DNA of 63,500 nt, the filler included, from Octopus bimaculoides (lineage: Eukaryota), in assembly GCF_001194135.2 (NCBI RefSeq). It is 10 parts of 8 records of this genome, joined end to end, with 100 filler letters (N's around TTAATTAATTAA, not from the genome) between each part and the next. Parts side by side here need not be neighbours in the genome. Positions count along the whole stretch, not along the records: positions 1 to 12,472 come from NC_068986.1; positions 12,573 to 16,088 come from NC_068982.1; 8 more parts are not named here. The stretch is one strand, 5' to 3'. The notes below the pieces were generated by a model, which was not told the DNA's origin, searched no databases, and saw only the letters and a program-made list of their open reading frames with translations. Within the stretch, counting starts at the first letter, position 1; every line of letters starts with the position of its first letter. Below are positions 1-13,186 of the stretch, piece after piece. Made by a program: the position numbers and the translations under genes.

Positions 1-190
1 ATATATATATATATATATATATATATATACTTATATAAATACTAATACGAGTGAGTGAACAAACGAAAGTACGGCACTCAACACATTTATTGGGAGTTGC
101 ATGTATGGATCAAGACAGTTTCATTGAACTTCGTTGGTACTCCGAGTTTCAAGTGTGATGCTAGTCTTCAGCCATTTGGAATTTGACATC

Positions 191-596
191 GATTATTACT
201 GCAGCATGGTGGGCTGCGATTAGTCGAGGAAGGTCACGTGGGGCTGTGATTTAATGTCGGTATATTGGAATATCAGCGACAATAGATGCGGACAGATGCG
301 CACGCTCGAATCAATACAGTCATGCACACAAAACGATGTGACCGCGTCCATTCACTCACATATACAACTATATACTTGCGCATACCGCCTTTTCCTATTA
401 CTCCTCCAACACTCCGACCGATTCTCTCCCTACCACGCGGTCGATTTCCTGTCCACCTGGCGGTCGATTTCCTGTTCAGCATGAGGTCTTTATCAACTAA
501 CTGTTGTCACTAATATACCGATATACCAACATCAAATGATGACACCACATGACATACCTCGACCAATCGCAACCCACCTTACAGTAATAATAATCA
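191..596. mobile_element. Fold-back/MITE-like element with ~95-bp imperfect terminal inverted repeats
   Basis: 191-285 is reverse-complementary to 501-596 at roughly 80%, mismatches mostly transitions. Internal 16-bp direct repeat gcggtcgatttcctgt at 437-452 and 460-475. Confidence 0.65.
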
Positions 597-673
597 GCTT
601 CTTTCAATCAAATTCAAAGTGACTGAAGCATCACGCTTAAAAGTGAGAGCACCAACGAATTTGAATCAAACAG

Positions 674-745
<72 letters not shown>

Positions 746-783
746 CATATACGTATGTGTGTGTGTGTGTGTGTGTATCTTTA

Positions 784-934
784 CGACATACTTCTTTCAG
801 TTTCCGTCTACCAAATCCACTACCAAGGTTTACTTCGGCCGAAGGTATAGCAAAAGACGCGTGCCCAAGGTGCTACGCAGTGGGACTGAATCTCGAACCA
901 TGAGGTTGAGAAAAAGCTTCTTGCCACACAGCCA
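784..934 (-). mobile_element. SINE family A copy
   Basis: Aligns to 12600-12762. Confidence 0.8.
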
Positions 935-1172
935 CATATTCATACATATGTCTCAGCCGCCCATCGGCTGAAGACCAGTGAAGGAGTTACAGGATCATAA
1001 ACATACCAGCACAGGGTGTCAAGCGATGGCGGGAGGAGCACCTTGTTTACCATTTTTGTCCTTGTTCTTTTGCCACGTCATGTACCCAGTTATGTATCTA
1101 TATGTACATGTGGATGAACGTATATACATACATGTACATATATATGCATATACTCATATATTGTTTGTATAT

Positions 1173-1217
<45 letters not shown>

Positions 1218-2389
1218 NNNNNNNNNNNNNNNNNNNNNNNNNNNNNNNNNNNNNNNNNNNNNNNNNNNNNNNNNNNNNNNNNNNNNNNNNNNNNNNNNNN
1301 NNNNNNNNNNNNNNNNNNNNNNNNNNNNNNNNNNNNNNNNNNNNNNNNNNNNNNNNNNNNNNNNNNNNNNNNNNNNNNNNNNNNNNNNNNNNNNNNNNNN
1401 NATATATATATATATATATATATATATATACGACAGGCTTCTTATATGTACCATATATATATATATATATATATGCATATATGTATGTATATATATATGT
1501 TTTTGTATTTCCCATATGCAGTTATACATACCCACACATGTATTTATATATATATATATATATAGATTCATAAGCACACGGTATACGTGCGCGCATACAC
1601 GCATAAACATACACAGGAACATTTACACATATGCATTCACACATACACATACACATGGATTTTTAAATGTTATGTACATAAATGAATGAAAATTTGATCC
1701 CCAGATACTAAGTCTCGAGTGTATTTATTCATCGATAGTCTTTATTATGTAAGTTTTTTTCTCTCTCCCTTTCCTTAGGTATATTCTATGACGATAAGTT
1801 TGTTTTCCTCATATTTTCCTCTACATTGCAATTCGGAATTACTTAGATGCTATGTCATTGTTCACACATGTCGTTAATGTATCATGTTTCACTGAATTGT
1901 TATAATATTGATATCAAGAATGACATTTTAGTGTAAGTTTGATGGCGAAAACTTTTGTTATTCTACTGGCGTGATAACTGAATTTAGTATCTCCAAAATC
2001 TTATTCTTTTACATTTTTTAATTCGTTTATCACTTTGTTTTTTCTTGATGACATTAAATTGCTGTTGTATTGTGTCCTTGACCTCAGTATTTCAGCTACC
2101 ATCGCAACTGGTAGTTGACATCGTCAGACATTTATCATGGCTATAATTTAGACTAGATTATAAGAATGAACTTCTGCTGGTCTCTGTAACGTGAGAGAAC
2201 ATCGGTTCTTTTGAGTGAACATATGTGTGTTATAGAAAAGGGCTTTTACTAGAGCCCCTTATGTCGAAGTAGAACGATCTACTGTTGAACTCTTGATAAA
2301 ATTTTATTTATAATTACAATTTCCTAATAGGTATCAACAGTGATTCGATAGATACATTGCATTTTGGTTTCATAAATATATGTATATAC

Positions 2390-2442
<53 letters not shown>

Positions 2443-2997
2443 NNNNNNNNNNNNNNNNNNNNNNNNNNNNNNNNNNNNNNNNNNNNNNNNNNNNNNNNNN
2501 NNNNNNNNNNNNNNNNNNNNNNNNNNNNNNNNNNNNNNNNNNNNNNNNNNNNNNNNNNNNNNNNNNNNNNNNNNNNNNNNNNNNNNNNNNNNNNNNNNNN
2601 NNNNNNNNNNNNNNNNNNNNNNNNNNNNNNNNNNNNNNNNNNNNNNNNNNNNNNNNNNNNNNNNNNNNNNNNNNNNNNNNNNNNNNNNNNNNNNNNNNNN
2701 NNNNNNNNNNNNNNNNNNNNNNNNNNNNNNNNNNNNNNNNNNNNNNNNNNNNNNNNNNNNNNNNNNNNNNNNNNNNNNNNNNNNNNNNNNNNNNNNNNNN
2801 NNNNNNNNNNNNNNNNNNNNNNNNNNNNNNNNNNNNNNNNNNNNNNNNNNNNNNNNNNNNNNNNNNNNNNNNNNNNNNNNNNNNNNNATTAAGAAATCAT
2901 TATTATCAATTTTATTTTGATTTTAAAATTATATTAATGATAATAATAACAAATGATAATAATAATCATAATATTAATGTAATATAGTAATAGTAAT

Positions 2998-3081
<84 letters not shown>

Positions 3082-3410
3082 TCCCCGTTATTTTCAATGG
3101 CCATTCAAGATACGTGGATCAAAATTACAGTTAAAACTATTCATAGCCAAGCAAGTGAAGAGAAATGAAAATAAATAAAAAAAAAAACAGAAGCAACTTT
3201 GCATTAATGAGATGCCTTAAGGAAGGAAAAACAACAAAAACAACAATAACAAAAGGCAAAACGTTATGGTAGTAAAGTAAAATGACAAATTATACAAAAA
3301 GAAAGAACTCCAGCAAATCTATTCTGCCAAAGTTTGGCTTAAAGCTAAATTCGCATCTAATGTGACACATAAACTGTACAGATTATCATTTATGTACGTC
3401 ATTAGGAATT

Positions 3411-3452
<42 letters not shown>

Positions 3453-3703
3453 ATATACATATTTGTGTCAGTATATATAGGCAAATGCATATTATATGCA
3501 TGTGAATATGTATGTGTGTATATATGTGTGTGTGTGTGTGTGTATGTATCTACATATATTCTAGTATACTTGTATATGTGTGTGTACATGTGCGTGAGTG
3601 TTTTACGTGTGAATATAGGTATATATCCATGAACTCATATATAAGTATATATATATACATATACATATAAATACGTATATATACGCGCAAACACACACAC
3701 ATA

Positions 3704-3792
<89 letters not shown>

Positions 3793-4967
3793 GTGCGTGT
3801 GTGCATTTATAACTACATTTGTATAGTAGAGGATGGGAAAGAAAGGATATACGTATGTGTGTTTATGTCTTTAATCTTTTCTGTTTTTGTTAACTAGTTA
3901 CACACGCGTTTGATTCTATATGCAAATATATTTGTGTAGAAACTTATGTAGAAACGTCTGCTATAAGATGTGGTGAATTCATTGTTGAGTACCACGGTAA
4001 CATCACCAGGACGTTGAATATGAAGTGTACTTTATTTGAGAAAGTTACATTTTCAGAACATACAGTCGTTATGATTGTGAAACTTCCTCACTTAAGCGGT
4101 TTGTATGTTCTGAAAATATAAACATTTAGCAGGGCTCACGATCCTAACATTGTTCAAAAAGTATTAGTTTACTTTTGTGCCTTTGTGTAAAGAGACTTCT
4201 ACATAATCGGTGGATGCCTTAGAAACAGAAGTTAAATCTTTCTCAAATCACAACTCTCATTCTTACAGAAAAGATTAAGACAGACACCTCTAGACGAATT
4301 CGATTTATTCTTGAAGCCCAAACCAAAATAAAATTTCAGGCATCAATTCACAAAATGCTCCAGTAATAATTAAATGTTAGAATATCCTCAACTGAACGGT
4401 AATTAACCACAATATAGCGAGCGTCGAGAGCCTGACACTTAGAACACATCCCTCCCAGTTCAAGTGAAGAGCAAAATTCCAGTCTAAAAGTTATATGGGG
4501 ACAACGCACGGCAGTTAAGCGTTTATAGAAGACGGAAGCGTTTATAGAAGACCCTTCTCGAGTTGCTATCGGATGGCTTGAACTTGCTTTTCTATGTTCT
4601 AGCTGCAAGCAAATCAGCCTCATACTGCATTAGAGCTGTGCCGTTCGTCTAGATGTGCTGAGTGACTGCTCATCTTGTGTTGAATTTTGGGTGATTCTAT
4701 CAAAATGCAGTCATTATTTTCTTCCTTTCTTTTTCTGCTTAATGATGCTAATTCATTTAGCTTTTGAGAATATTTTAACTAAACTAAATGCATTGATGCA
4801 TGGGAGCTTATTTCATTTGATTTTGTGTTTGGCTTTGTTTAAATATTAACCTAATGTGTCTATCCGTCTGTCTGTTTTTGTATGTGCCCTGGTTGCAAAT
4901 CAAGAATTAAATATTATCGGCATCATGTTTATCACTATCCTGAGCATCATAATAGTCTCTTTCAGTT

Positions 4968-5200
4968 TCTTATTTCTTTATTGCCCACAAGAGGCTAAAC
5001 ATAGAGGGGACAGACACAGACAGGCAAAGGGATTAAGACGATTACATCAACCCCAGTGCGTAACTGGTATTTAATTTATCCACCCCGAAAGGATTAAAGG
5101 CAAAGTCGACTTCGGCGGAATTTGAACTCAGAACGTAACGGCAGACGAAATACTGGTGAGCATTTCGCCCGGCGTGCTAACGTTTCGGCCAGCTCGCCCC
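4968..5200 (-). mobile_element. tRNA-derived SINE family B copy
   Basis: rc: ggcgagctggccgaaacgttagcacgccggg..gttctgagttcaaattccgccga (A and B boxes). Confidence 0.85.
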
Positions 5201-5205
5201 CTAAG

Positions 5206-5330
5206 TCTCTTTCAGTTTCGCCTACCAAATCCACTCACGAGGCTTTGGTCGGCCCCAAACTGTAGTAGAAGACACTTGCCTAAGCTTCCAGCAGAACTCG
5301 GAACCGTGTGTTTAGGAAACGAGCTTTTTA
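5206..5330 (-). mobile_element. SINE family A copy (internally deleted)
   Basis: Aligns to 12600-12762; abuts a family B head. Confidence 0.75.
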
Positions 5331-5754
5331 CGATAGATATTCCTGTGCCTAGGTTCTGTGTTCAAATACCATCGAGGTTAACATTGCCTTTCATCAATGA
5401 CAATAAAATAACACACCAATCAGTGGAGTCAGTGGTTTCAACTATGGTCCTTCAAAATCTTACTGCCNNNNNNNNNNNNNNNNNNNNNNNNNNNNNNNNN
5501 NNNNNNNNNNNNNNNNNNNNNNNNNNNNNNNNATATATATATATATATATATCAGACAATAGAAAGTGAGGTGGTGCCTGGGTGGTGGGAGCGTCAGGAG
5601 GATATTTGGCGCTCTTTGTTCCAACACTTTACGTTTTGAGTTCAAAACTCGCAAAGATCAATATATCCTTTCGGTGTCAATAAAATATACATCAGTCAAA
5701 TGGTTGTGTCAATTCTATTAACTAATCCTTTTTCTTCAAAACTGCTTCACTTGT

Positions 5755-5955
5755 ATCCAGAATCGTTAGCACGCCAGGCGAAATGCTAAGCGATATTTCG
5801 TCTGCCGCTACGTTGTGAGTTCAAACTTCACCGAGGTCAACTTTGCCTTTCATCCTTGTGGGGTCGATAAAATAAATTGTACACTGAAAAAGATGCAATC
5901 TACTTAAACTCTCCCCCAAATTTCAGGCCTTGTTCCCATAGTAAAAAGTATTATT
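5755..5955 (+). mobile_element. SINE family B copy
   Basis: cagaatcgttagcacgccaggcgaaatgct..gagttcaaac..tttcaggccttg. Confidence 0.85.
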
Positions 5956-6949
5956 ATTGTTATTGTGTTTATTATTATTTCTCTGATTATAGAATAATTA
6001 GGTCGATATTGGAATGATGAAGTTTATAAATTGCTGCATGACATTGCCCATACCCAGTGATGATGATAACTTTAATAATCATGTTATACTTGCGGAGCCT
6101 GGGTATTAACTACACAATCTAGTGAAAAAATATCGAGAAATGAATGTTAATGGCTGTTTGCATTGCATGTATGTTGTTATAAAATTGGCGAAAGTATTTT
6201 AAAGTTTATGGGACAGATCCCTGTTGGTATAAATTGTAATAGTTGAAAGAATTAAATAAGCGAATAAGTGAGAGAGATGTGTTCGTTAGAAGTTGGTAGT
6301 GGTTGAAAGAACGTTGTTGTGGTTGCACGCATTAGAGTTTGGTTGTAGAAATTATTTGATAGTCGTAAGAAATCGGTGATATGTGTTAGAACTGAAATGA
6401 TTGTAAGTCTGGCGGGCTTTTGAAATGCGTTCCGCGGCGAATGATCGTGGAATATCATTGAACGTAGATCTCTTAGCTCAATATTCTTTGTTTACACAGC
6501 ACGAGATCAAAGAATGTCTTAGATATCCAGAGAAAGGCTAAAATAAAAGAAACACACAGATAATATACAACCATACCAATGATAATTGCAAGATCAAAGA
6601 AGTACTTGGGAATATTACGCAGTTGATCGTTTGCGTTGAAAATGGCGTATAAACAAGTATAGATTTCACATATAAGAAACGAAACTCGACTCCGATTTGA
6701 TCTTCAGATTGCTTCGCAAACAAGGAGGTCAATTATGTTGAAGCACTTTACGATGGAGAAGTAAAGAAATCAGGAAACTACTTTTCTAAATGAAGAAAAA
6801 TACGACTTATATGTCAGGAAATAGGAGAATAGACGATATTTTTGAGAGAGTATAATTATCGATTACTTTATAAGCAATCAGTTTCCGAGTTCGAGCCTTC
6901 TAAATGATTGGTTGTATGACATGAAATTGGTGAAGCAATATCTTTTCCA

Positions 6950-7153
6950 CTATAGGCACAAGGCCTGAAATTTGAGGGGAGGTAACTAGTCGTTGACATC
7001 GATCCAAGTGTTTCACTGGTACTTAGTTTATCGATCCTGAAAGAAAGAAAGGTAAAGTCGACCTCGGTGGAGTTTGAACTCAGAATGTAGCAGCAGACGA
7101 AATAACGCTAAGCATTTCACCTGGCGTGCTAACGATTCTGCCATCTTGCCACC
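6950..7153 (-). mobile_element. SINE family B copy
   Basis: Reverse complement of 5755-5955. Confidence 0.85.
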
Positions 7154-7397
7154 TTGAATTGGTAGAGTAATATCGATACTGAAAACGACGGATGATTTGG
7201 TGAGGTATCGTAAACTGAGGGTAAAGAGCTCTATAGAACACAAGGTAATTCCTGTAGGATTTTCCCTCCGGTGCATTTGATTATATTTGTATAGGAAATA
7301 TAAGATATTTAACTGTTTCTGCTGGACAACTCAAAGGAGAAGAACAAGCCATTTCATGACTTGTTTATAGATATGAACATTGCTTTTGTTGAATCCC

Positions 7398-7861
7398 TAG
7401 AATTAAAAAGCAATATGGTATTAGATTCATACGTTGGGCTATTGAAAAGTTCCTGGTTTTAAAGGTGTTGCGAAAGGCTATGTTGGAGGCCCAACTCCCA
7501 TCCTCTGGATGTTCACATTTAATGCCTTTTGTTATATTTCTCTGGAACTTTACATTCCAGGATCAAATCCGTGCGACGTCACTTTATGGCATTAGCTTTA
7601 TAAAAAATTTTAAAAGGGGTGCCGAAAAGTTCCTGGCTTTGGGTAAAAGAAAATACAGGAGAATCAGTTAATTATGATTTTATTCAACACATTCCTCTCT
7701 CAGACTCACACACTTATTGCAGCGGTGCTTCAGTTTTCCTAAGCCCTGTAAAAGAGGATGGGAGTTGGGCCTCCAACATAGCCTTTCGCAACACCTTTAA
7801 AACCAGGAACTTTTCAATAGCCCAACGTATGAATCTAATACCATATTGCTTTTTAATTCTA
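7398..7861. repeat. Perfect 109-bp inverted repeat (7398-7506 / 7753-7861)
   Basis: Base-by-base comparison shows 109/109 reverse-complement identity; 246-bp spacer. Confidence 0.95.
7612..7829. mobile_element. Mariner-derived MITE (~215 bp)
   Basis: Ends gggtgccgaaaagttcctggct and ccaggaacttttcaatagcccaacgTA; homologous to the copy at 56838-57053. Confidence 0.7.
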
Positions 7862-7874
7862 ACTGTTGCTTTTT

Positions 7875-8250
7875 TGATTTCATGTAGATAATTTGCTTAA
7901 CTTGTCGCTTACATTGCTAAAATGTGTTACCAAACATATCATTTACAAAGTGTATTTCAAGAAAATTTATGATAGTTTATGAACACGTCATATCATGTAT
8001 ATGTACATATATGCTTTTTTAAAATTTATCCCGAAATTTTTCAATGTCTCTCAGGCAATTATTTCATAAAAATATTATTTCATACCCTCACGAAAGTTTA
8101 TAAAATTGTCATGACGACAACAAATTATTCTCGATGGTAAGCGTAAAATTTCTAACAAGATAAATTTGAAGGATTGCATCGGTACTATAGTAGAACATCT
8201 GTCATGTCAAAGGAATATATATATGTGTGTGTGTGTAAACGCCTGTGTGC

Positions 8251-8283
<33 letters not shown>

Positions 8284-10330
8284 TGTATGTATATATGTAT
8301 GTATGTGCAAACACGCATATACATGTGTATGTGGTGTGTCGGCATTTAAGTGTCCGACAATTGATATTTAAATCTCCATTATTGAATGTTCGTCAATTTC
8401 CTGCGGCGTTAGTGTGGCATTTGAGGGTAATTTTCCTGGCATTTTCTCGGAAGTTGATCGATCGTATAAAAACTCAGACTCTTGCATTGGATTGTATTTC
8501 AGATATAATTCACATCACATGATTTAAAACTATAAGCCAATGGTTCCCAACCTTTTCACAGTGGCTCACAACATTGGTTCCCAACCTTTTTATTTATATG
8601 AGTTTTCTCTCGGACCCCTTTTAATATCCTTATCCTATTATATATATANNNNNNNNNNNNNNNNNNNNNNNNNNNNNNNNNNNNNNNNNNNNNNNNNNNN
8701 NNNNNNNNNNNNNNNNNNNNNNNNNNNNNNNNNNNNNNNNNNNNNNNNNNNNNNNNNNNNNNNNNNNNNNNNNNNNNNNNNNNNNNNNNNNNNNNNNNNN
8801 NNNNNNNNNNNNNNNNNNNNNNNNNNNNNNNNNNNNNNNNNNNNNNNNNNNNNNNNNNNNNNNNNNNNNNNNNNNNNNNNNNNNNNNNNNNNNNNNNNNN
8901 NNNNNNNNNNNNNNNNNNNNNNNNNNNNNNNNNNNNNNNNNNNNNNNNNNNNNNNNNNNNNNNNNNNNNNNNNNNNNNNNNNNNNNNNNNNNNNNNNNNN
9001 NNNNNNNNNNNNNNNNNNNNNNNNNNNNNNNNNNNNNNNNNNNNNNNNNNNNNNNNNNNNNNNNNNNNNNNNNNNNNNNNNNNNNNNNNNNNNNNNNNNN
9101 NNNNNNNNNNNNNNNNNNNNNNNNNNNNNNNNNNNNNNNNNNNNNNNNNNNNNNNNNNNNNNNNNNNNNNNNNNNNNNNNNNNNNNNNNNAACGTGCAAG
9201 TGGCTGAGCACTCCACAGACATGTATACCCTTAACGTAGTTCTCGGGGATATTCAGCGTGACACAGAGTGTGACAAGGCTGACCCTTTGAATTACAGGCA
9301 CAATAGAAAGTAAGAGTGAGAGAAAGTTGTGGTGAAAGAGTACAGCAGGGTTCGCCACCATCCCCTGCCGGAGCTTCGTGGAGCTTTAGGTGTTTTCGCT
9401 CAATAAACACTCACAACGCCCGGTCTGGGAATCGAAACCGCGATCCTACGACCGTGAGTCCGCTGCCCTAACCACTGGGCCATTGCGCCTCCATTTGTTA
9501 CCACTGTGATGTGAATAAATCGAAGTTATTGCTCTTCTTATCTATCAGGATTATGTTTCCCATTTACACAAATAATTTTCAAGCAGTGTGCCGCGATACA
9601 CAGCTGCGCAACAATGCTGTATAGCAATGTATTTGTAGTTATACGGCAAATTTAAAATAATATTTCAGGCTTTACTAAACTATTACCAATGTTCGAGCGT
9701 CATGAAAAATGTGTTAGTCGCCATTTTCTTAAACTCAAGTATGTTTGATAATACAATTATAAGCAAAATATTTTTTTCTAAATTCTTAACATTGGCACAG
9801 TATTTTATTTTTTCATATTTCCATGGTAAGTGCATCTGTAATATTTGTTTGATCCCTATAACTAGTTTAGACAGAGAGAAATTTCGAGACTGATACAATA
9901 ATGAAATTAAGAAACGGGATCGATGATCCGAATGCTTGTATCAGAGTGAAATCTAATAAAACAGCAAAGAGTTTGGTAGGGAGATGCATCGACGTATTAC
10001 TTGAGGAGTACATATATTAAAATTCAGCAAGCCGCGTTACAACGCACAAAAATGTCCTCCTGGTAACAACGCATTTCTCATAACTCTGTATTTATTTTTC
10101 TCAATCATTCAAAAAAGAAAAAGAGGAATCCAGTCTTACCCAAAATATAACCATAAAATATAATCATTAAACAACTTATGAAGCTAATACCATTTTTACA
10201 AATTTTGATTTTATTTAGTGATTTCATGTAGATATTTTGCCGAAGTGTGTCGCTTACGTTGCTGAAATAACTTATCAAACATATCATTCATAAAGTGTAT
10301 TTCTAGAAGATTTATGAAACATTATGAACA
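7875..10330 (+). repeat. Dispersed AT-rich repeat, copies at ~7875-7990 and ~10222-10330
   Basis: Shared atttcatgtagata.tttgc..tgtcgcttac.ttgct.aaa..tta.caaacatatcatt..aaagtgtattt. Confidence 0.65.
9191..9492 (-). mobile_element. Long tRNA-derived SINE family C, truncated by a gap
   Basis: rc: ggaggcgcaatggcccagtggttagggcagcggactc..ggtttcgattccc (A and B boxes); body near-identical to 53290-53576. Confidence 0.85.
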
Positions 10331-10966
10331 ATTATGAAAGTTCAGTAGTAACAAACAATAAAACGCTGTTAATAAAATATGTAAAACAAAATGCATTCAC
10401 ACAGCATGAAAGTAGCTTCACCTAGAATGTCAAAACTCATCCACTTCTTATGGAAAATAAAGTTATTGTATTTTACAGGATATACAGTATATACTGGGTG
10501 TGTGTGAATTTAATATGCCACTAAAACTAGCATTACTATACGAGCCTTTCCTGTCATCAGTGGAATTCACTCTGTTTCAAGTATTCACGAGAGTACTGCT
10601 GTCATAGTCAATATTATACACAAGCACATATGGAAGTATGAATGATTTATATATATGCGTTTGTGCATGAGAATGTGAATTCATAACATATTTGAAATTA
10701 ATATGTCTATATTTTTTTGTTACTGTTTAGTCCCAGTTGCACCAGGCAGGATCACGTTGTTATCACTTGCTGCCTGTGGCTTCATCATTGAATATTTCCA
10801 TTTAAGGGACTTTGGTAGTATTTCTGGGAGATCGAACATCTACGTAGCGATGTTTCCTCATTCGCTCAAATATCACATTACGTGACGCGACGTGCCTACC
10901 ATTTAGAAACAAGTTAAATACATGATAGATTATATAAGAGAATTATATATATATATATATACATAC

Positions 10967-11002
<36 letters not shown>

Positions 11003-11273
11003 GTGAAATAATAAATGGATCTTGTTCGAATTTCCTACCTTGAATGTTCAGTTGTTCGTTCAACTATACAGCTAGGCGAGCTACATACAAACATACCCTG
11101 AGTGTGATTCTCGGTATGAATGAGAGTAACACAATATGACAAGTCTGCAATATTGAATTACTGATGTAATCAAGAAGAAATTCTGTGAAGAATGTTTAAA
11201 TGCATACCATAGAAAATAAATTGAAACTGGAGCCTCAAGATTTCAAAGCAGCTTCGTAACTATTCATACATAC

Positions 11274-11310
<37 letters not shown>

Positions 11311-11435
11311 CACACACACAAACATGAACACTTGATGCACTCTCCTGTCAAAGACGACGAATCAGCGTTCAACTTTTGTTGAACGATCTGCACAAATGAT
11401 TCGTTTATAGTGATCAAATGTTCGTACCACACATT

Positions 11436-11556
11436 CGCTCGAAAGGATGAAAGGCAAAGTCTACCTCGGCGGAATTTGAACTCAAAACGTAACGGCAGAC
11501 GAAATATAGAGCTAAGCATTTCGTTCGGCGTGCTAACGTTTCTGCCACTTCGCCTA
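11436..11556 (-). mobile_element. SINE family B head
   Basis: Aligns to 5085-5200. Confidence 0.8.
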
Positions 11557-11587
11557 CAGTTTCTGCAGTATTACTCGTAACATACAG

Positions 11588-12407
11588 GTTATTGTTTTCT
11601 TTTTGCCTACGTAAATAATTGTGTTACTGTCTGGGAGATATTTATGGTAGCAGCAAAGGCATTTAACTCCTATTTCTAAATTCGGTGCGTGGCGAAGTAA
11701 TTACCTGACCTCGGATTATAATTATGTTTATAATTATTGAATACTTGTATAATTTTACCTGAAACGGTTATTTTAACGTACCGAACTACTTGGTAAAATT
11801 ATTAATTATTAATTGATTAATTGATAAAATAATTAATTTTATCCTTTTATTATCATTGAAATATAACTTACTCCCCGATCAAAAACTGCAGTGTCTGCGG
11901 GATTATTCGTAACACACACGTGGGTATTGAGGATAAATACGTGTCCATATTCGGCTGTATATGTTTGGCAGTGTTGGTTGAAAATCGGTTATGCGATGAC
12001 CCTTGATCGCGTACATCTTTAATCCTAACACTCTCAAATTTATATCTCGAAATGCTGCACCGAAGATGAGAAATAATTAAGTAAATATAACTTTACTTCA
12101 ATCCCGAAACGCGTATGTAGGTAATCTGAGTCGTGTGGATCCGTTATTTCTTTTTGCATACGTAAAAAAGTTTGTTACTATCTGGGAGATCTTTATGGTA
12201 ACAGAAAAGGCATTTTAAATCCTATTTCTGAATTCGGTGCGTGGCAAAACAATTAGCTGACCCCTGATTATAATTACATTTCTAATTATAGAATATTTGT
12301 ATAATTTTACCTATAAGGTTTTTTTAAACGTACCGAACTACTTGTTAAAATTATTAATTATTTATTAATTAATTGATTAATTTTCCCCTTTTATTATTAT
12401 TGATATA
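11588..12407 (+). mobile_element. ~550-bp tandem unit (1.5 copies) carrying a hammerhead motif; Penelope pLTR/retrozyme-like
   Basis: 11588-11862 is repeated, roughly 80% identical by eye, at 12143-12407. The hammerhead motif sits at the end of the first monomer. Confidence 0.6.
12055..12120 (+). ncRNA. Minimal type-I hammerhead motif (U4C core variant)
   Basis: ctgca-CCGAAGA-t-gag...aagtaaa(tataac)tttactt...ccc-GAAA-cgcg-TA-tgtag. Helix I ctgca/tgtag (5 bp, one G-U), palindromic ACGCGT helix III, GUA cleavage triplet. Confidence 0.55.
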
Positions 12408-12415
12408 TATGTATG

Positions 12416-12472
<57 letters not shown>

Positions 12473-12599
12473 NNNNNNNNNNNNNNNNNNNNNNNNNNNN
12501 NNNNNNNNNNNNNNNNTTAATTAATTAANNNNNNNNNNNNNNNNNNNNNNNNNNNNNNNNNNNNNNNNNNNNATATATATATATATATATACATATATA

Positions 12600-12762
12600 C
12601 GACAGGCTTCTTTCAGTTTCCGTCTACCAAATCCACTCACAAGGCTTTGGTCGGCCCGAGGCTATAGTAGAAGACACTTGCCCAAGATGCCACGCAGTGG
12701 GACTGGACCCGGGACCATGTGGTTGGTAAGCAAGCTACTTACCACACAGCCACTCCTGCGCC
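12600..12762 (-). mobile_element. tRNA-derived SINE family A, near-consensus copy
   Basis: rc begins ggcgcaggagtggctgtgtggtaag (A box), then ggttccgggtccagtccc (B box-like), and ends in (TA)n. Confidence 0.85.
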
Positions 12763-12841
12763 TTATATATATATATATAAACAGATAGTGGACATAAACG
12801 CCCTCATATGTATTCACTCCTGACGAACATGCGACGAAAGA

Positions 12842-12983
12842 CAAAAGTAGTCGTGTATAATGATCCTGGAGACGCTCATGGGGACATTCGTTGTAAGTGT
12901 ACACACACACACACACACACATGTGTGTGTGTGCGTGTGTGTGTACGTGTGTGTGTGCGTGTGTGTGTCCGTGTGTGTGTGTG

Positions 12984-13022
<39 letters not shown>

Positions 13023-13091
13023 TTGTGTGTGAGTAACAATATAATTAATAACATCAGTGATAACCTGTGTCTCAATGAATTCGTATCTTGA

Positions 13092-13186
<95 letters not shown>

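Noticed and set aside
10725-10760. Minus-strand PGATGTKQ
   Set aside because: Only two triplets, followed by a stop; no donor or acceptor pair.
12516-12528. TTAATTAATTAA islands inside N runs (also near 16133, 26226, 30040, 38137, 44094, 54767, 58482 and 60908)
   Set aside because: The same six-frame-stop spacer appears embedded in gaps each time, so it is an assembly artefact. It explains the ORFs ending in LIN.
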